In this document: in pieces, positions 24,909 to 36,341 of the stretch | Numbering within the stretch: position 1 is the stretch's first letter | Layout: each line of letters starts with the position of its first letter | Assembly (NCBI GenBank): GCA_022605425.2 | Contig: JAKIMF020000001.1 | Coordinates: 2,480,001-2,544,000, forward strand | Reading direction: 5' to 3' | DNA from: Hamiltosporidium tvaerminnensis FI-OER-3-3 | Lineage: Eukaryota; Fungi; Microsporidia | Length of the DNA stretch: 64,000 nucleotides | Program-made: the position numbers and the translations under genes | The notes under the pieces: generated by a model | Seen by the model: only the letters and a program-made list of their open reading frames with translations | What the model was told of the DNA's origin: nothing | Databases searched by the model: none

Positions 24909-26420
24909 CTTCATCTCTCGATTATATTTTAAAGCGTTTCAATTTACTTTTATCTTATTATATAGGGAATTATCTATATTTGTAATTTCATAATTATAAT
25001 TGCCTTGAATGGCAATAAAATAAGAATTTTCTATAAAATATAACTTAAGTTGGAATAAAATATATTTCTGATTGTAAATATTCAAAGCTTTCTTACTTTT
25101 CTATCAAGACTTAAAATCTGATTTTTATTTAAACTTTTATAATTTTTTTTTGTGATTTAAATTTCAGAAAACCAGTTATTTATATGTAAACATTCTTTTT
25201 AATATGCTTAAAATATAGAGTTATGATAATTGATGCTTTGTTTTAAAACATATTTGATTTATCTTTGCGTCTTTCTTCATCATAGTATGTCAATAGGTAT
25301 TAAAAAATATATTCGGTTTTTATACCAATCGAGAACTTTTGATAATACTTACTTACGACATACTTAGATCTTAGTTTGGGTTTAGAATGTTTAATTGCAA
25401 ATTTTTGGGTTTGAAGTGGAAAGTTTTTTATATATTTCTAAATTCATCGGATGATTCATTTCATCTGTCAGTTCTTTTTATGATAAACTGATTTAGGTAA
25501 AAACCACTCTTTATAATCAAACGAGAAATTATTTGGTAAGTTTGTAATTCTGAAAGGAAAAAAAGTAGAAATTATCTTTTCTATATTTTTTAATAAATCA
25601 AGTATAAAAATTTTAAAATGATTTATTTATGGAAATAAAAAAAATTGTCTGTAATTTTTAGATTGTGTTAAACTGTGCCTGAAGTAATATTGAAACATAT
25701 TTTTAATGAGTTTTTAGTTTTATTTGGGAAAATTTTATAATTGTTGATTCTTATCCTGTTTAATATGCCAAAGCAAAAAAAAACTTTATAGAAATAAATG
25801 AAACTAAATAGATTCTTAAAATTTCACACCAATTTCTGTTGAAACTAGTACATTATTATCAATTAAAGATTTAATACGGCATTTTTTTATCTATTTCAGT
25901 TCCTTAAAGCATTTTTTTAATTTATATTACATTATGAGTTAAAGCTTGTTTTTTATTCATTTATTCTCAAGCATTTTGATTCTTCCTTAAATATTTTAAC
26001 TGATTATTAATAAAAATTATATTAAAGATTCAATTTACTTGGATATTTACGTAAAATTGCGATAGAATTTGAATTATTGTAAATCTTTCGACATAAATTT
26101 AGTATTTTAATTTTTTAATAGAATTTCTAAAAAAATGATCAACAAAATATAAGTTTTATACTGAAAAGAAATTATCAAGTACTGAATCTATTAATTGCTC
26201 TTAAAATTTATATTTAAAACAAATTTAATTGGTTGTTGTTTTTGATCTTCTTTAAATCAATTAATTAAAACAAAATATTTTTTTTTGTAAAAAAATTTAT
26301 CACAAGAACAGATATCAAAAAAAAGGTTTGAATATTTAGAATTTGGTTTTACAATCAATTGAAAACAATTTATTAAAAAGACAATTTGAAATGTATAAAG
26401 AATTACAAGATTGTTTTTTA

Positions 26421-26735
26421 TTAATTTTCTCCTGTAATAAATTGAACTATTGACTCGACAAGATCTGTTTTAGAATCCAAAACGTTTTCATATTTTTTAC
26501 TGTCATCTTCGTATTTTTCATAAAGTTCTTTTCGTATTTTTTCTAAATATTTAGCATTTTCTGCTTCCAGGTCAGTAAGTTCCTGGTTTTTCTGTACTTT
26601 AAGACGTTCTATGATTTCCAATGCATCCTTTTTTGCTTTTATTTTTAATGTGTCTCGTTCTTTCCTTGCATTGTTAATGCTTTCTTTGGCTTCTTTTTCA
26701 CATTGAATCAATCTTTTAATACTATCAGCACTCAT
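26421..26735 (-). CDS. VMA10: V-type ATPase subunit G
   Basis: 104 aa with the subunit G pattern SIKRLIQCEKEAKESINNARKER..LK.AKKDA. CCC before the ATG. Confidence 0.9.
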   Translation of the reverse strand: MSADSIKRLIQCEKEAKESINNARKERDTLKIKAKKDALEIIERLKVQKNQELTDLEAENAKYLEKIRKELYEKYEDDSKKYENVLDSKTDLVESIVQFITGEN

Positions 26736-27229
26736 AGGGCGAAATTCAATTAAAAATATTTATTTTTAGAAAAATATTTTGATAAAAGTAAATTATAACA
26801 ACAAAAAGAAAAAGCAAATATTTTTTTTTGACATTGAATGATTTTAGAATCATCACATATATTTTTTTAAATAATTGAATCGTTTTTTTTCATATGAGAT
26901 TTTTAAATTTCGATTTTCTTTTACGATATCAACAATAAGATGCATATAGGTAGAAATAAGTATTATTCTGATAATGGTTAAAAACAAATATAGCATCGTC
27001 TTTTATTTACGAAGAATTTTTAAAATGTATTAATTTATTACATGACAATTTACTCTTCTTGTTTTTATTTTTTCTTCTACTTTTTTTTCCTGTCTAATTT
27101 TAGCTGATCGTTTTATTTAACTATTTTTTCATATTTTAAGTCAATGTTTTTGTTTGTGATATTTTATTTATCTTTCAAATTCAATAATTCTGGGAATTTA
27201 TCACAAACACCATCTTCTCTTTGCTAGAT

Positions 27230-30200
27230 TTTTGCCGGGAAATATGGTTTGTTTGTATCCCTCTGTTCCATATATGACATTTTTTCTTGCTATTTTTCGG
27301 TTTTCATCGGCCTTTCATTTTGACTATAAACCTCTTCTTAAGTCAAAACAAATTGTTTATATCTTTTTATAGTACTATTGACTAGATGCATGTCTGATCA
27401 AACTCATATTTAGTGGTTATTAAGGTATATATTTTGGTATTTGGCCACAATATCCTTCCTTTTTATCAAATGAAAGATTATCTTAACTATTAACTTAAAA
27501 ACGAGAGAGATCATTGGTCAACGAGTCGTACCTTTTAGATTTTTGGTTCAAAAGTTAAACAGGAATCCTGTGAATAATTGCTGATTAACATTGTAATCTT
27601 ATCTAGTTTCTTATCGTAAAAAAGCCTTCGTCTATTTTTTCGGAACTTATCTTATCCTTTATTGGCTGTATGTAATTGCTTTTAAATACATATTTTCAAA
27701 ATTTTTCGAAATAATTATTTTGATTGTTGAGGACTTTTAATCAAGTTTTATTAAAAAAAAGGGTGTGTAGGTATCTGGAGATAGCCTTATACTACACTGT
27801 AAAGTCATTTTCGTGCATTATTCCCATGTATTTGGCAAATTCTTGATCAGCTTCTAATTTTTGCACTTCGTTTGTAGCTTTTATACACAGAAATACATTT
27901 CTATCCTGAATGTAGCAGAAGGCGGTTTCATCCGTTGCACATTGCCTTGCCTAAGTCCCTTTATAGAATAACCAACACTTACTGGCTGATAATTTCTATT
28001 TTTATATAACTTGAAATTTAATTTTACGTTTTCTATTTTTTATAAAAAATAACCAGATTACGTTTTTTCTAAAATTTCTCACGGCTTCTCTGTCTCAGAT
28101 ATACTTCATTTAGAAAAGTTCTTTAATAAGTGCAAGAGGCATTTCTTTGTTATATTCTATCTTAATATTGCAGCAGTTCTGGAAAATATTTTTTTCATTT
28201 TTTCAGATTATCTCAGAATTGCAAAAGTGTGTATTCTCGTTTAGTGACTTAACTCTATGAGAGTTTCTTCGTGTTTGTATCGTATTAAGCCCAAAGCTTT
28301 TTAAATTTCTCTAATACACCTTGTTTTTAACTACAACTACCAGCACCGCAACATCCAATTCAGATAAATCAGGTCTCGTGAAGTTTAATTACATCCAAAT
28401 GTTATTTGATGAAGATATAGTATATTTAAATGCCTAAATATATTTCTTGAATTCCATTTTATCTGACAAAGGTTTTAACTCATAGTGAAAGCTGCTCCTT
28501 TGCTTTCATAAATTAAACTATTTTGTCTACTTTTTACCATCCTCTGTTATTTCTAATACAATTACAAAACTTTTTTGATCTAGAGTAAGTCCCTGTCTTT
28601 GCAACCTTATAAATTTTCTGCTGCTCTCTTTGGCTAAATTCCTAACCTGATTTTTCTTCAAACCTTATTAACTTCATGTTCCCCAATTCCAAGGTTTGAT
28701 AATAACTGGATAAGAGCATAAGATCATAAATGGATAAGAAATTATTGTTTGATAGAGGTCTTGTCTAATCGTTTATTTCTATCTTTATATAGCCAAGGTT
28801 TAGTGTATATCTATAAAGAAACCAATAAATTTATTAAAAAAATTATATTCTTGAAATTTCTTTAAATTTTTTTACTCTTTTTTTTTGACTCCACTAATCT
28901 ATTAATCATTATTTATATTGATTCTTAGGCAAATTAGAAGATTTGAGACCTTAAATTAAAATTTATAGCGCTTTTCGGAATTATTTATTATATATTTTAT
29001 CCTAGTCATCTTTTACGACAATACCTGTCGCCTTGTAGTTTTTTTTATTTAGTCAATATTAGGTGAAGTCTGATCTTAAGCTCATTGTGTATTTCTTGGC
29101 ATATCTATCAGTTTTCGCTTGCCAACTTTGCGTTCCACTATCAATTAAAAGAGTTCTAATGTGTATTTTATTGTTTTTTTTATAGGTTTAACGTGCTGAT
29201 GAAATTCCCATGGTAAGTGCCTCTTTAGAGCTTGTTTTTTGCACTAGAATATAGAGTTTATAGTAGAATAACTTGGTTTAAGAATCATTTCTTAAAATAT
29301 AACTTTTACAATATCATAAAGATAAGATATCTATGAAAAAATGTAATTTCCTGATCGCAAAATTACAAATATCTTTAATTCTTGCGGAGTTCTATTTAGC
29401 AAGCCACATATTAATATTTTTTTATTTATCAAGCGTAAGAAGCATGATCCAAATAGTATCCGATACAAAATAGTAGAATATTCTTCATATTTGGTTCAAA
29501 TATTTTATTTCTCAATAGTTTGTAACATATTTTCGATTTAATCACATTATTTATATGCAGAATTTAATAAATCGGCCTATCTCATGACAAATTAACCTTC
29601 AAAAAATTCAAAATAACTAATACTTTCTGAATTGCTTTTTTCTTTCGTGCAGGTAATTTTCTTAACATAAAAAGTCAAAAAAAACAATTCTTCTGATTAA
29701 ACTCTCCAATAAACATTTTTTGTAAAGTTTTAAATTAATATTCACATGATTCTCTTAAATAAATTTGCTAATAACTAGAGAGTTTATATACTTACGTGAT
29801 TTTTCGAGAAGATCCTTGAAAAGTAATATCGAAAATTTTTGAGGAATATTTTTCTCTTTAAACGGATCAGGGGTTTTATTGGGTGTGATCTTGTCATAGT
29901 ACATCGTGCCCCTGAAAAATACATTAAACTCTGTTATTATCAGGCATGAGATGTGATATATTATTCTGTAAATTGATTCATTGGATCAAAAATTTTGCCT
30001 TTACCTATTCACTTAAGATTTTTTTGCTTCAAACTATCGTTTTCTAATTTACTTCTTCGTAATTTCTTTAATTTTACACAAATACTTTTCTCTAATGGCA
30101 ATGAAGAACTTAATGTCAGTAAGGGAACATGGCTCATTGAGATAGGCTGTGGATTTATTTCTCTCTATTCTTCGATTTTATTTTTCTTTGTGGTGCTTTT

Positions 30201-30450
30201 ATAATTTTTTCAATATATTGAAAAAACGACACAAAAAAATTCTCATTATAGCATATTGAGATCCATAAACACTTTTTCTAAGTATTTTCCCAAATCTTGT
30301 CTGTGTATCTAAATTCTTACATCATAATATTCTTTTTTTTTCGGTTTATATAGAGTTAGATAAAGACTAAAAAGCCGGGACGGGTTCCCTCTACATCAGT
30401 ATCACACCGAGGAACTGTAATGTCATTTGTCGCTCATTAAAGTCTTTTCA
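27230..30450 (-). mobile_element. Old, heavily decayed near full-length R4/Dong-type copy
   Basis: Minus strand reads DETAFCYIQDRNVF (~27890-27930). An N-terminal RCDTDVEG (~30390-30410) resembles MCDVDVA of the intact-length copy. Many stops and indels; boundaries approximate. Confidence 0.6.
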
Positions 30451-30744
30451 GTGAAAAGAAGCTTTTTTTATGTTAGGGGATTATATAGGGTTAAACGTAC
30501 AATTATTTAGGCAAATGCTTTGGTTTTTGAGGGGTGGGTATTATAGTCTTGCTCTATTTCAAGTGGTTGTCTACAGATGAGATTGACCTTATGTTTTTAC
30601 AATTTTATTGTATTTTTTAATTTTTTAATTTTTTTTTCACATCGTTTATGCCTTTTTTATTTTTTTATTGTATATTTTCAAGTTAACTTCGAGTCTTTAC
30701 CCACTTTAAGTATTCAAAAGATGTAAATATTTAAATCCATAAAA

Positions 30745-31182
30745 ATGGAAAATTCGATTTTGGAACTTAAAAATTCAAGCGAAATAAATCAAAAAATAAA
30801 AAATGAAAACAAAAAACTTGTTGTAATAAACTTTGGACACACAGATACATTCTTATATCAACACTATAATGAAATATTTAAAGATTTGAAATTTAAATTA
30901 AGTCTTTTTATAGATTTTTACAACTGTCAAATCCCAAATGTACGTGAATTGATACAAAACTTGGATTTATACGATGATGTAAATATAATGTGTTTCTATC
31001 GACAAAAACACATTAAAATAGATTTTTCTACCGGAAACAACACCAAAATTAATTTTTATATAAAATCTAAAGAGGAATTAATTGATATTTTTACTTTAAT
31101 GTTTAAAGAAGCTGTAAAAGGAAAGAATATTGTTTTAATACCCACGGACCATACTTATAACAAATTTAGTGAAATAAATTAA
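30745..31182 (+). CDS. DIB1: Dim1/Dib1 (TXNL4) U5 snRNP thioredoxin-like spliceosomal protein
   Basis: KLVVINFG, LYDD..IMCFYRQKHIKIDFSTGNNTKINF, KEELIDI and KGKNIV match Dim1 family motifs. Confidence 0.9.
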   Translation: MENSILELKNSSEINQKIKNENKKLVVINFGHTDTFLYQHYNEIFKDLKFKLSLFIDFYNCQIPNVRELIQNLDLYDDVNIMCFYRQKHIKIDFSTGNNTKINFYIKSKEELIDIFTLMFKEAVKGKNIVLIPTDHTYNKFSEIN

Positions 31183-32168
31183 ATTATTTTTTAAATTTTG
31201 AATGAAATAAATTTTTATTCGATTCTCATTTTTTAAAGATTCCAATAATTATATTTTCGTTATATTTGATGAGATTTGAATATAATCAAAATTTTTGGTG
31301 AACATGAATATTTATAAAGGTAGAGAAGGGGTTTAGTTGATTAAAATTAGAATGTAGATTATTTTAAGAGGAAACTTATATTTCACCCACTTTTATGTAT
31401 TTAATTTTCTGTTTGATTTTAACTTTCGATTTTAAATGATTTGACAGTAATTCTATTCATTAAAATTTAAATATTTCTAATTTAAAAATTGCCTAAAAAT
31501 AAAAAATATTCTCAAATCTTTAAGCATACCATATATATATATTTATTCTGGGCAAGAAATTAAATCAGATTACATATTTAGAAGATAAATTTTTCTAGAA
31601 CATGCATCAATTCGTAGTTAGAAATATATTTTTGAAAGTATTTTTTGAAGATAACTCGAATGGTAATATTACTTGGTATTGCAAAACGTAGCTTAAAAAG
31701 ATCAAGTATCAGCCTGAGTTTTTTTAGGAGCGTGTTTCGAAGCTATTGGTATACCGGCATATATGTTTAAACTTAACTTAGAATTTTTTTCCCACTAGTT
31801 AATGTTAGTCAAAAATAATTTTATTGATTGGTTGAAGACAAAAAATAAATTCTAAAGAAAAAAAGAGCCAGAAAATAAAACATAAAACCCATAAAATAAA
31901 TAATAATAGAGAATGATCGAACAAAAATAATTAAATAGCAACTTCGTATTTTTCGATTTATATCATTCTAACTAAAATTAGAATATCAACTATAAAACAA
32001 ATATACATTTATTTTCTTTAATCTCATCACAAATTCCTTGAAGAATGAAAAAATACTAGTTTTATAAATTTATTTTAGAAAATTATACTTGAATAGTTTC
32101 AGAAACAAATTTAGAGGGATTTTTTTGTAAAAAATTTAAATATTGTAAATAATATGGTTTTACCCTAA

Positions 32169-32834
32169 ATGGAACTAGAATTATCTCCTCATAATGCTAG
32201 AATCCTTGATTCACTTCTGAAAACAGAAACAATAATAATAAAAATATCTGAAAATATAATTATTCAAGAACTTTCAGATTCAAAATCACTTCTTATTCAA
32301 ATAACTCTTTTTCCGTTATTTTTCACAGAATATTTACAAAACGATTTAAATTTTAGTTTTTCATTTTCCACACCAAAATTCTTCAAAAAGGGTATGAAAT
32401 CGTTAAGAATAGTAATTACAGATTTGATTATTTCATTATCTTGGAAATTTAATACGTATAATTATTATAAGGAGATATATATTTCTTCGACAGAATTATA
32501 TTCTTTAGATTTTAATGAAATAAAATCAATTAATCTTGATTTAGTACTTCTTTTTGAAATTATTAAGTATTTGAAATCAGATGTAATTGTCTTGAAATTT
32601 TTAGAAAATTATTTTATTATTTCTGGTGAAAATAAAAGTGAAAAGGCTGTTGTCTATATGGAAAATAATTTCAATGAAATTTTAAAATTTCCACAAAAAA
32701 ATATTAAAACGATTCTGGAATTAATGACAGACACGGATGAATGTATGCTTTCAATTGATGCACTTAAAAAAACGGCTTGTTTCATTTCGAAATTTCCTGA
32801 ATATTTATTGTCTATTTTTACAGCATTGTTATAA
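32169..32834 (+). CDS. Rad9/Ddc1-like PCNA-fold checkpoint clamp subunit
   Basis: IQELSDSKSLLIQITLFPLFFTEY resembles the Rad9 motif ([24 protein letters not shown]). 221 aa, ending in a Rad9-like terminal strand (SIFTALL). CCC before the ATG. Confidence 0.6.
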   Translation: MELELSPHNARILDSLLKTETIIIKISENIIIQELSDSKSLLIQITLFPLFFTEYLQNDLNFSFSFSTPKFFKKGMKSLRIVITDLIISLSWKFNTYNYYKEIYISSTELYSLDFNEIKSINLDLVLLFEIIKYLKSDVIVLKFLENYFIISGENKSEKAVVYMENNFNEILKFPQKNIKTILELMTDTDECMLSIDALKKTACFISKFPEYLLSIFTALL

Positions 32835-33051
32835 AATTTATTATAAGGCTGAGTGAAATATAATTCTATTCCGTTCAAAACATTTTTACCCGCTTATTTT
32901 CAATTCAAATTATATTTTTACTAAAAACAAATATCTAGATTTCAGATAAACTCGGAATACAATGATTTATTACTTTTTGAATTTACAAATTTACGTGATT
33001 TTAAAATATATTATATTATAAAAAAATTTGAAGAAAAAACAATTTTTAATT

Positions 33052-33624
33052 TTATAAATTTAACATATAAATAAACGCTTTTTCAAATACTTTTTTTACA
33101 AACGGTGGATCATTTTTAATCAGATGATTAAGAGTATCAATACACCTATATTTAGCAACCCCAGTATTTTTGATAATAATCTCAACCGTCAATCCATTTC
33201 TATTTTCATATAAACATTTAACAATTTTATATGCATTTGTTCTGTAAAGTTTGTTATCAGGAAGAAATAAAATAATTTCTGTCCAAATTTCTTCTAAAGT
33301 ACTTTTCTTCGTAATTTGCTGTTTAATTGTACTTTTTTCTTTCTTACTATCATATAAACACTCAGAAAATGATATATTGTTGTTTAAAGATGTGAAATCT
33401 ATATTACTAGTACTCAATTCAAGTCTTTCTACACTCACGTCTAAATTTTCTGGTAATAATATTTCTGCTTGCTTGTCCTCAGAGGAATAGGCATCCAAGG
33501 CTTGAAGTAATGCATTCATTTTTGTATTAAAATGTTTTAAATCGGTTGTAATGTTTTGTATTTTAGTTAATTTACATTTTATTTCTTGAAATAATAAATT
33601 TAGTTTTTGTAATTTTTCTTGCAT
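33052..33624 (-). CDS. Coiled-coil plus C-terminal winged-helix protein, possibly Dam1-like kinetochore subunit
   Basis: The N-terminal helix LxxIQNITTDLKHFNTKMNALLQAL resembles the Dam1 core. C-terminal wHTH-like segment (AYKIVKCLYENRNGLTVEIIIKNTGVAKYRCIDTLNHL). Confidence 0.45.
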   Translation of the reverse strand: MQEKLQKLNLLFQEIKCKLTKIQNITTDLKHFNTKMNALLQALDAYSSEDKQAEILLPENLDVSVERLELSTSNIDFTSLNNNISFSECLYDSKKEKSTIKQQITKKSTLEEIWTEIILFLPDNKLYRTNAYKIVKCLYENRNGLTVEIIIKNTGVAKYRCIDTLNHLIKNDPPFVKKVFEKAFIYMLNL

Positions 33625-34660
33625 CGAATGAGGTGTTTTTTAAAAAAATATTTTACATTTTTAAAGGTTGGTGAATAAGATAAAGAACAGAAAAAAAATA
33701 GAAAATTGATTTTATTAAAAAAAATATTTTATATTTTTAAGGGTACTGAACTAGGCGAAGAAATGATAAAAGTATTTTTTTTTAGAGCGTAAAAATTAAA
33801 TCGTAGAAATTGAAAAGGAAATTATTAGTTTTCTTTTATTCTAAATTTAATTTTAACTCTAAGAATAAACTGTAGAATATAAAATATTAAGTTGTTGAAA
33901 TACTGAATGCTAAATACTATTCAAGAATATGGTTTAAAATAGTTTTATTCCATTTTATTATACAGATTTAAAGATTGAAGTTAGATATTTAAAACAGATT
34001 TGTTTTACTATTCAATAACTTTTTTTTGAGTAATTTTTACCGATTTTTTTAAAAAGATATTAGAACAATAAATTATTATTTATTTGGCAAATATATGTCG
34101 TATTTATACTAAGTATAAATTTTTAAGGGTCAAAACAAATTTTTATTAATTTTAAAGAAATATACTTGCATAAATAAAAAAAAATATTGGACTTGAAAAT
34201 TGAAGCTCGTTTATTGACAATAAATAGCAAATTTCTTATCCAAATGAGAATAAAAGTATAATATTTCTTCCTGTTTTTTCTAACCGAGGGTTTTGAATCT
34301 ATAATATACCCGGAACATGTAGAGTCTCATTTTGAAGATTTGCTTCTAATTATCTTCCTTGAAAAATATAGAGATCATCATTTGCTAGCTAATTACTTAG
34401 AGAATAGTATCATGTTTGCGTACATATAATCCACTATCTGATAACCCAGGATTGTATTCTTGTTTTTTATTCTAAAATTTATTTTGGAAGTTACAACTTG
34501 ACTAAAAATTAAGAATTATAACCCCTGAACTAAAAACTAAACACTAAGACATTTATTTTGAATTGATAAAGATTGGATGCAAGCTTTAAGGCAGCTAGCA
34601 ATTTGAATATTTTTCTTATATTTCATCTAACAAGCTTCGTGACGTAAATATTTGACTCAA

Positions 34661-34878
34661 TCATTTTTACTCGGCACTATAGCCTTGACATCTCTCAGTA
34701 ATGCCTCCACCAGTCTGTTTCCAGGGGTTCTGTTACTTTTTTGGGTTTCGGAACAAGGTGGTTTTAAAGGATCGGTTGTTAGCCCTACACCCAACCTGGT
34801 GAACCATGCCTTTTGGTCGCTTCTTACTGCAAGCAGGGAATATACCAAGCCAATTCTGCATCCAGCATGGAGGGGAAG
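34661..34878 (-). mobile_element. ~230-bp RTE-related SINE-like element, copy C
   Basis: Reverse complement reads CCCTCCATGC...GCAGAATTGGCTTGG...GTAAGAAGCGAC...GGTTGGGTGTAGGGCTAACAACC...CTTGTTCCGAAACCC...GGCTATAGTGCCGA. Confidence 0.82.
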
Positions 34879-35029
34879 TAAATGCCTGATACTAATATTA
34901 ATGCAAAAAATACTGTTAACTAAATACAAATATATGAAACTTTAATTTGAAAATAGAATGACTAAATTCAAATGTTACATTTAAAATTGTATAAACGATG
35001 ATTTAAAAGAACATAATATAACACATCTT

Positions 35030-35480
35030 GCACTAATAAAAGGTTCTAATGAGTAAAATATAAAATCGAAGGAAGATAGTTCATTAAAGAAAAAGGAGAA
35101 ACACAGAAGTAGCAAATATATGCAACAAGATAAAGAACGAAAACTTTATTCAAAATTATATAAGGCTGGAAATAATAAGCTTGCGTGTGTTGATGCTTCT
35201 ATAAGATGACAAACGACAGGAAACACTAAGCCTCATGAGGAACCAGTGTTCTGCTATATCCAGGATAGAAATGTGTTTTGGGGACAGAAGGTAAGTGTCA
35301 ACACTGCAATAAGTCTGGTAAAACTGTAGATCATCTATAACTCGATGTAAGAAAATGCTAGGTCATGACCACACGGAATAACATAATGAACTGGGTTGAT
35401 TCTTATATTTTTCTATCAAATAGCTTGAATTATTGTCTATAAAACAAATTATGAGTCAATCTGTTTAAAAAAGATTAGAA
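35030..35480 (+). mobile_element. Internal fragment of an R4/Dong-type element
   Basis: KLYSKLYKA, VFCYIQDRNVFW, CQHCNKSGKTVDHL and KMLGHDHT are readable across stops and frameshifts. Confidence 0.85.
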
Positions 35481-36341
35481 GATATGTTTATGGAAATAAA
35501 AGTATAATTGAAACAAATCTAATGTTAAATTCTGAATATATGATCAGGTTGTTTAAACTAAGCAACAAATTAAATGTTATTTCATGCACGTAAATCAGAA
35601 TTATTCCGCAAAATCACTTTAAAACGTCGAACCCTAGGATCTAAAGAGATAATACTGCTGGGTAGGTTAAAATTATTTCCACAAATATTGTGTTTATATA
35701 ATCTTTTATGGGATAACACAGAGAGATATGTTTTGCAAATAAATCATATTATATACATAAGAAGCACCAAATAGGTAAAATAACAAGGAACATAACTTTT
35801 TTGGCAATCAAAAATCAATCGAAACATTTTATTTTGATATAAGGAGAAAACAGTCATCAAAATAAAATTCCGATGAAATTTAGTAGATCAATCAATATAT
35901 AATCCATCAAAAATGTCGAAACATGCGGCCTATATTCGATTTTAAAACTTTTAAACAGGTATGAAGGTATCAAACCAATGAAGACGCAAATAATCGATTT
36001 ATTTATGATGATATAACTCTTAGACGACGATAGACTGAAAACTTCAAAAATTGAATACTGTATAAAAGAGAGAAAATGAAAAGGCAATTAAAAAAGAGGG
36101 ATAGTTCTCAGAAGAAGGAAAAATGATTCAATTTGCATTTAAATAAAGTAGTTTTCGGAAAAGAGAAAAAATAGTGAATTTATATTTTATTTAGCGGCCA
36201 GAGTAAAATATTTTTAACATTAATTCGATCAAAAAAATTATAAACGTTATTTTTCTTTTAGTAAATAATATTCTAAACATGAAAATCTGACTTATATTTT
36301 AAATATTTTATATAAACTCTTTATTTTAATCAAATTTTGAT

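Noticed and set aside
30370-30420. Hammerhead or HDV-like ribozyme at the 5' end of the old R4/Dong copy
   Set aside because: No CTGANGA/GAAA core or HDV pairing. The segment is better explained as N-terminal coding sequence (RCDTDVEG).
34652-34945. Overlapping ORFs 34652..34945 (+) and 34657..34929 (-)
   Set aside because: They span SINE copy C and are open because of its higher GC. They are not conserved as ORFs in the other copies.
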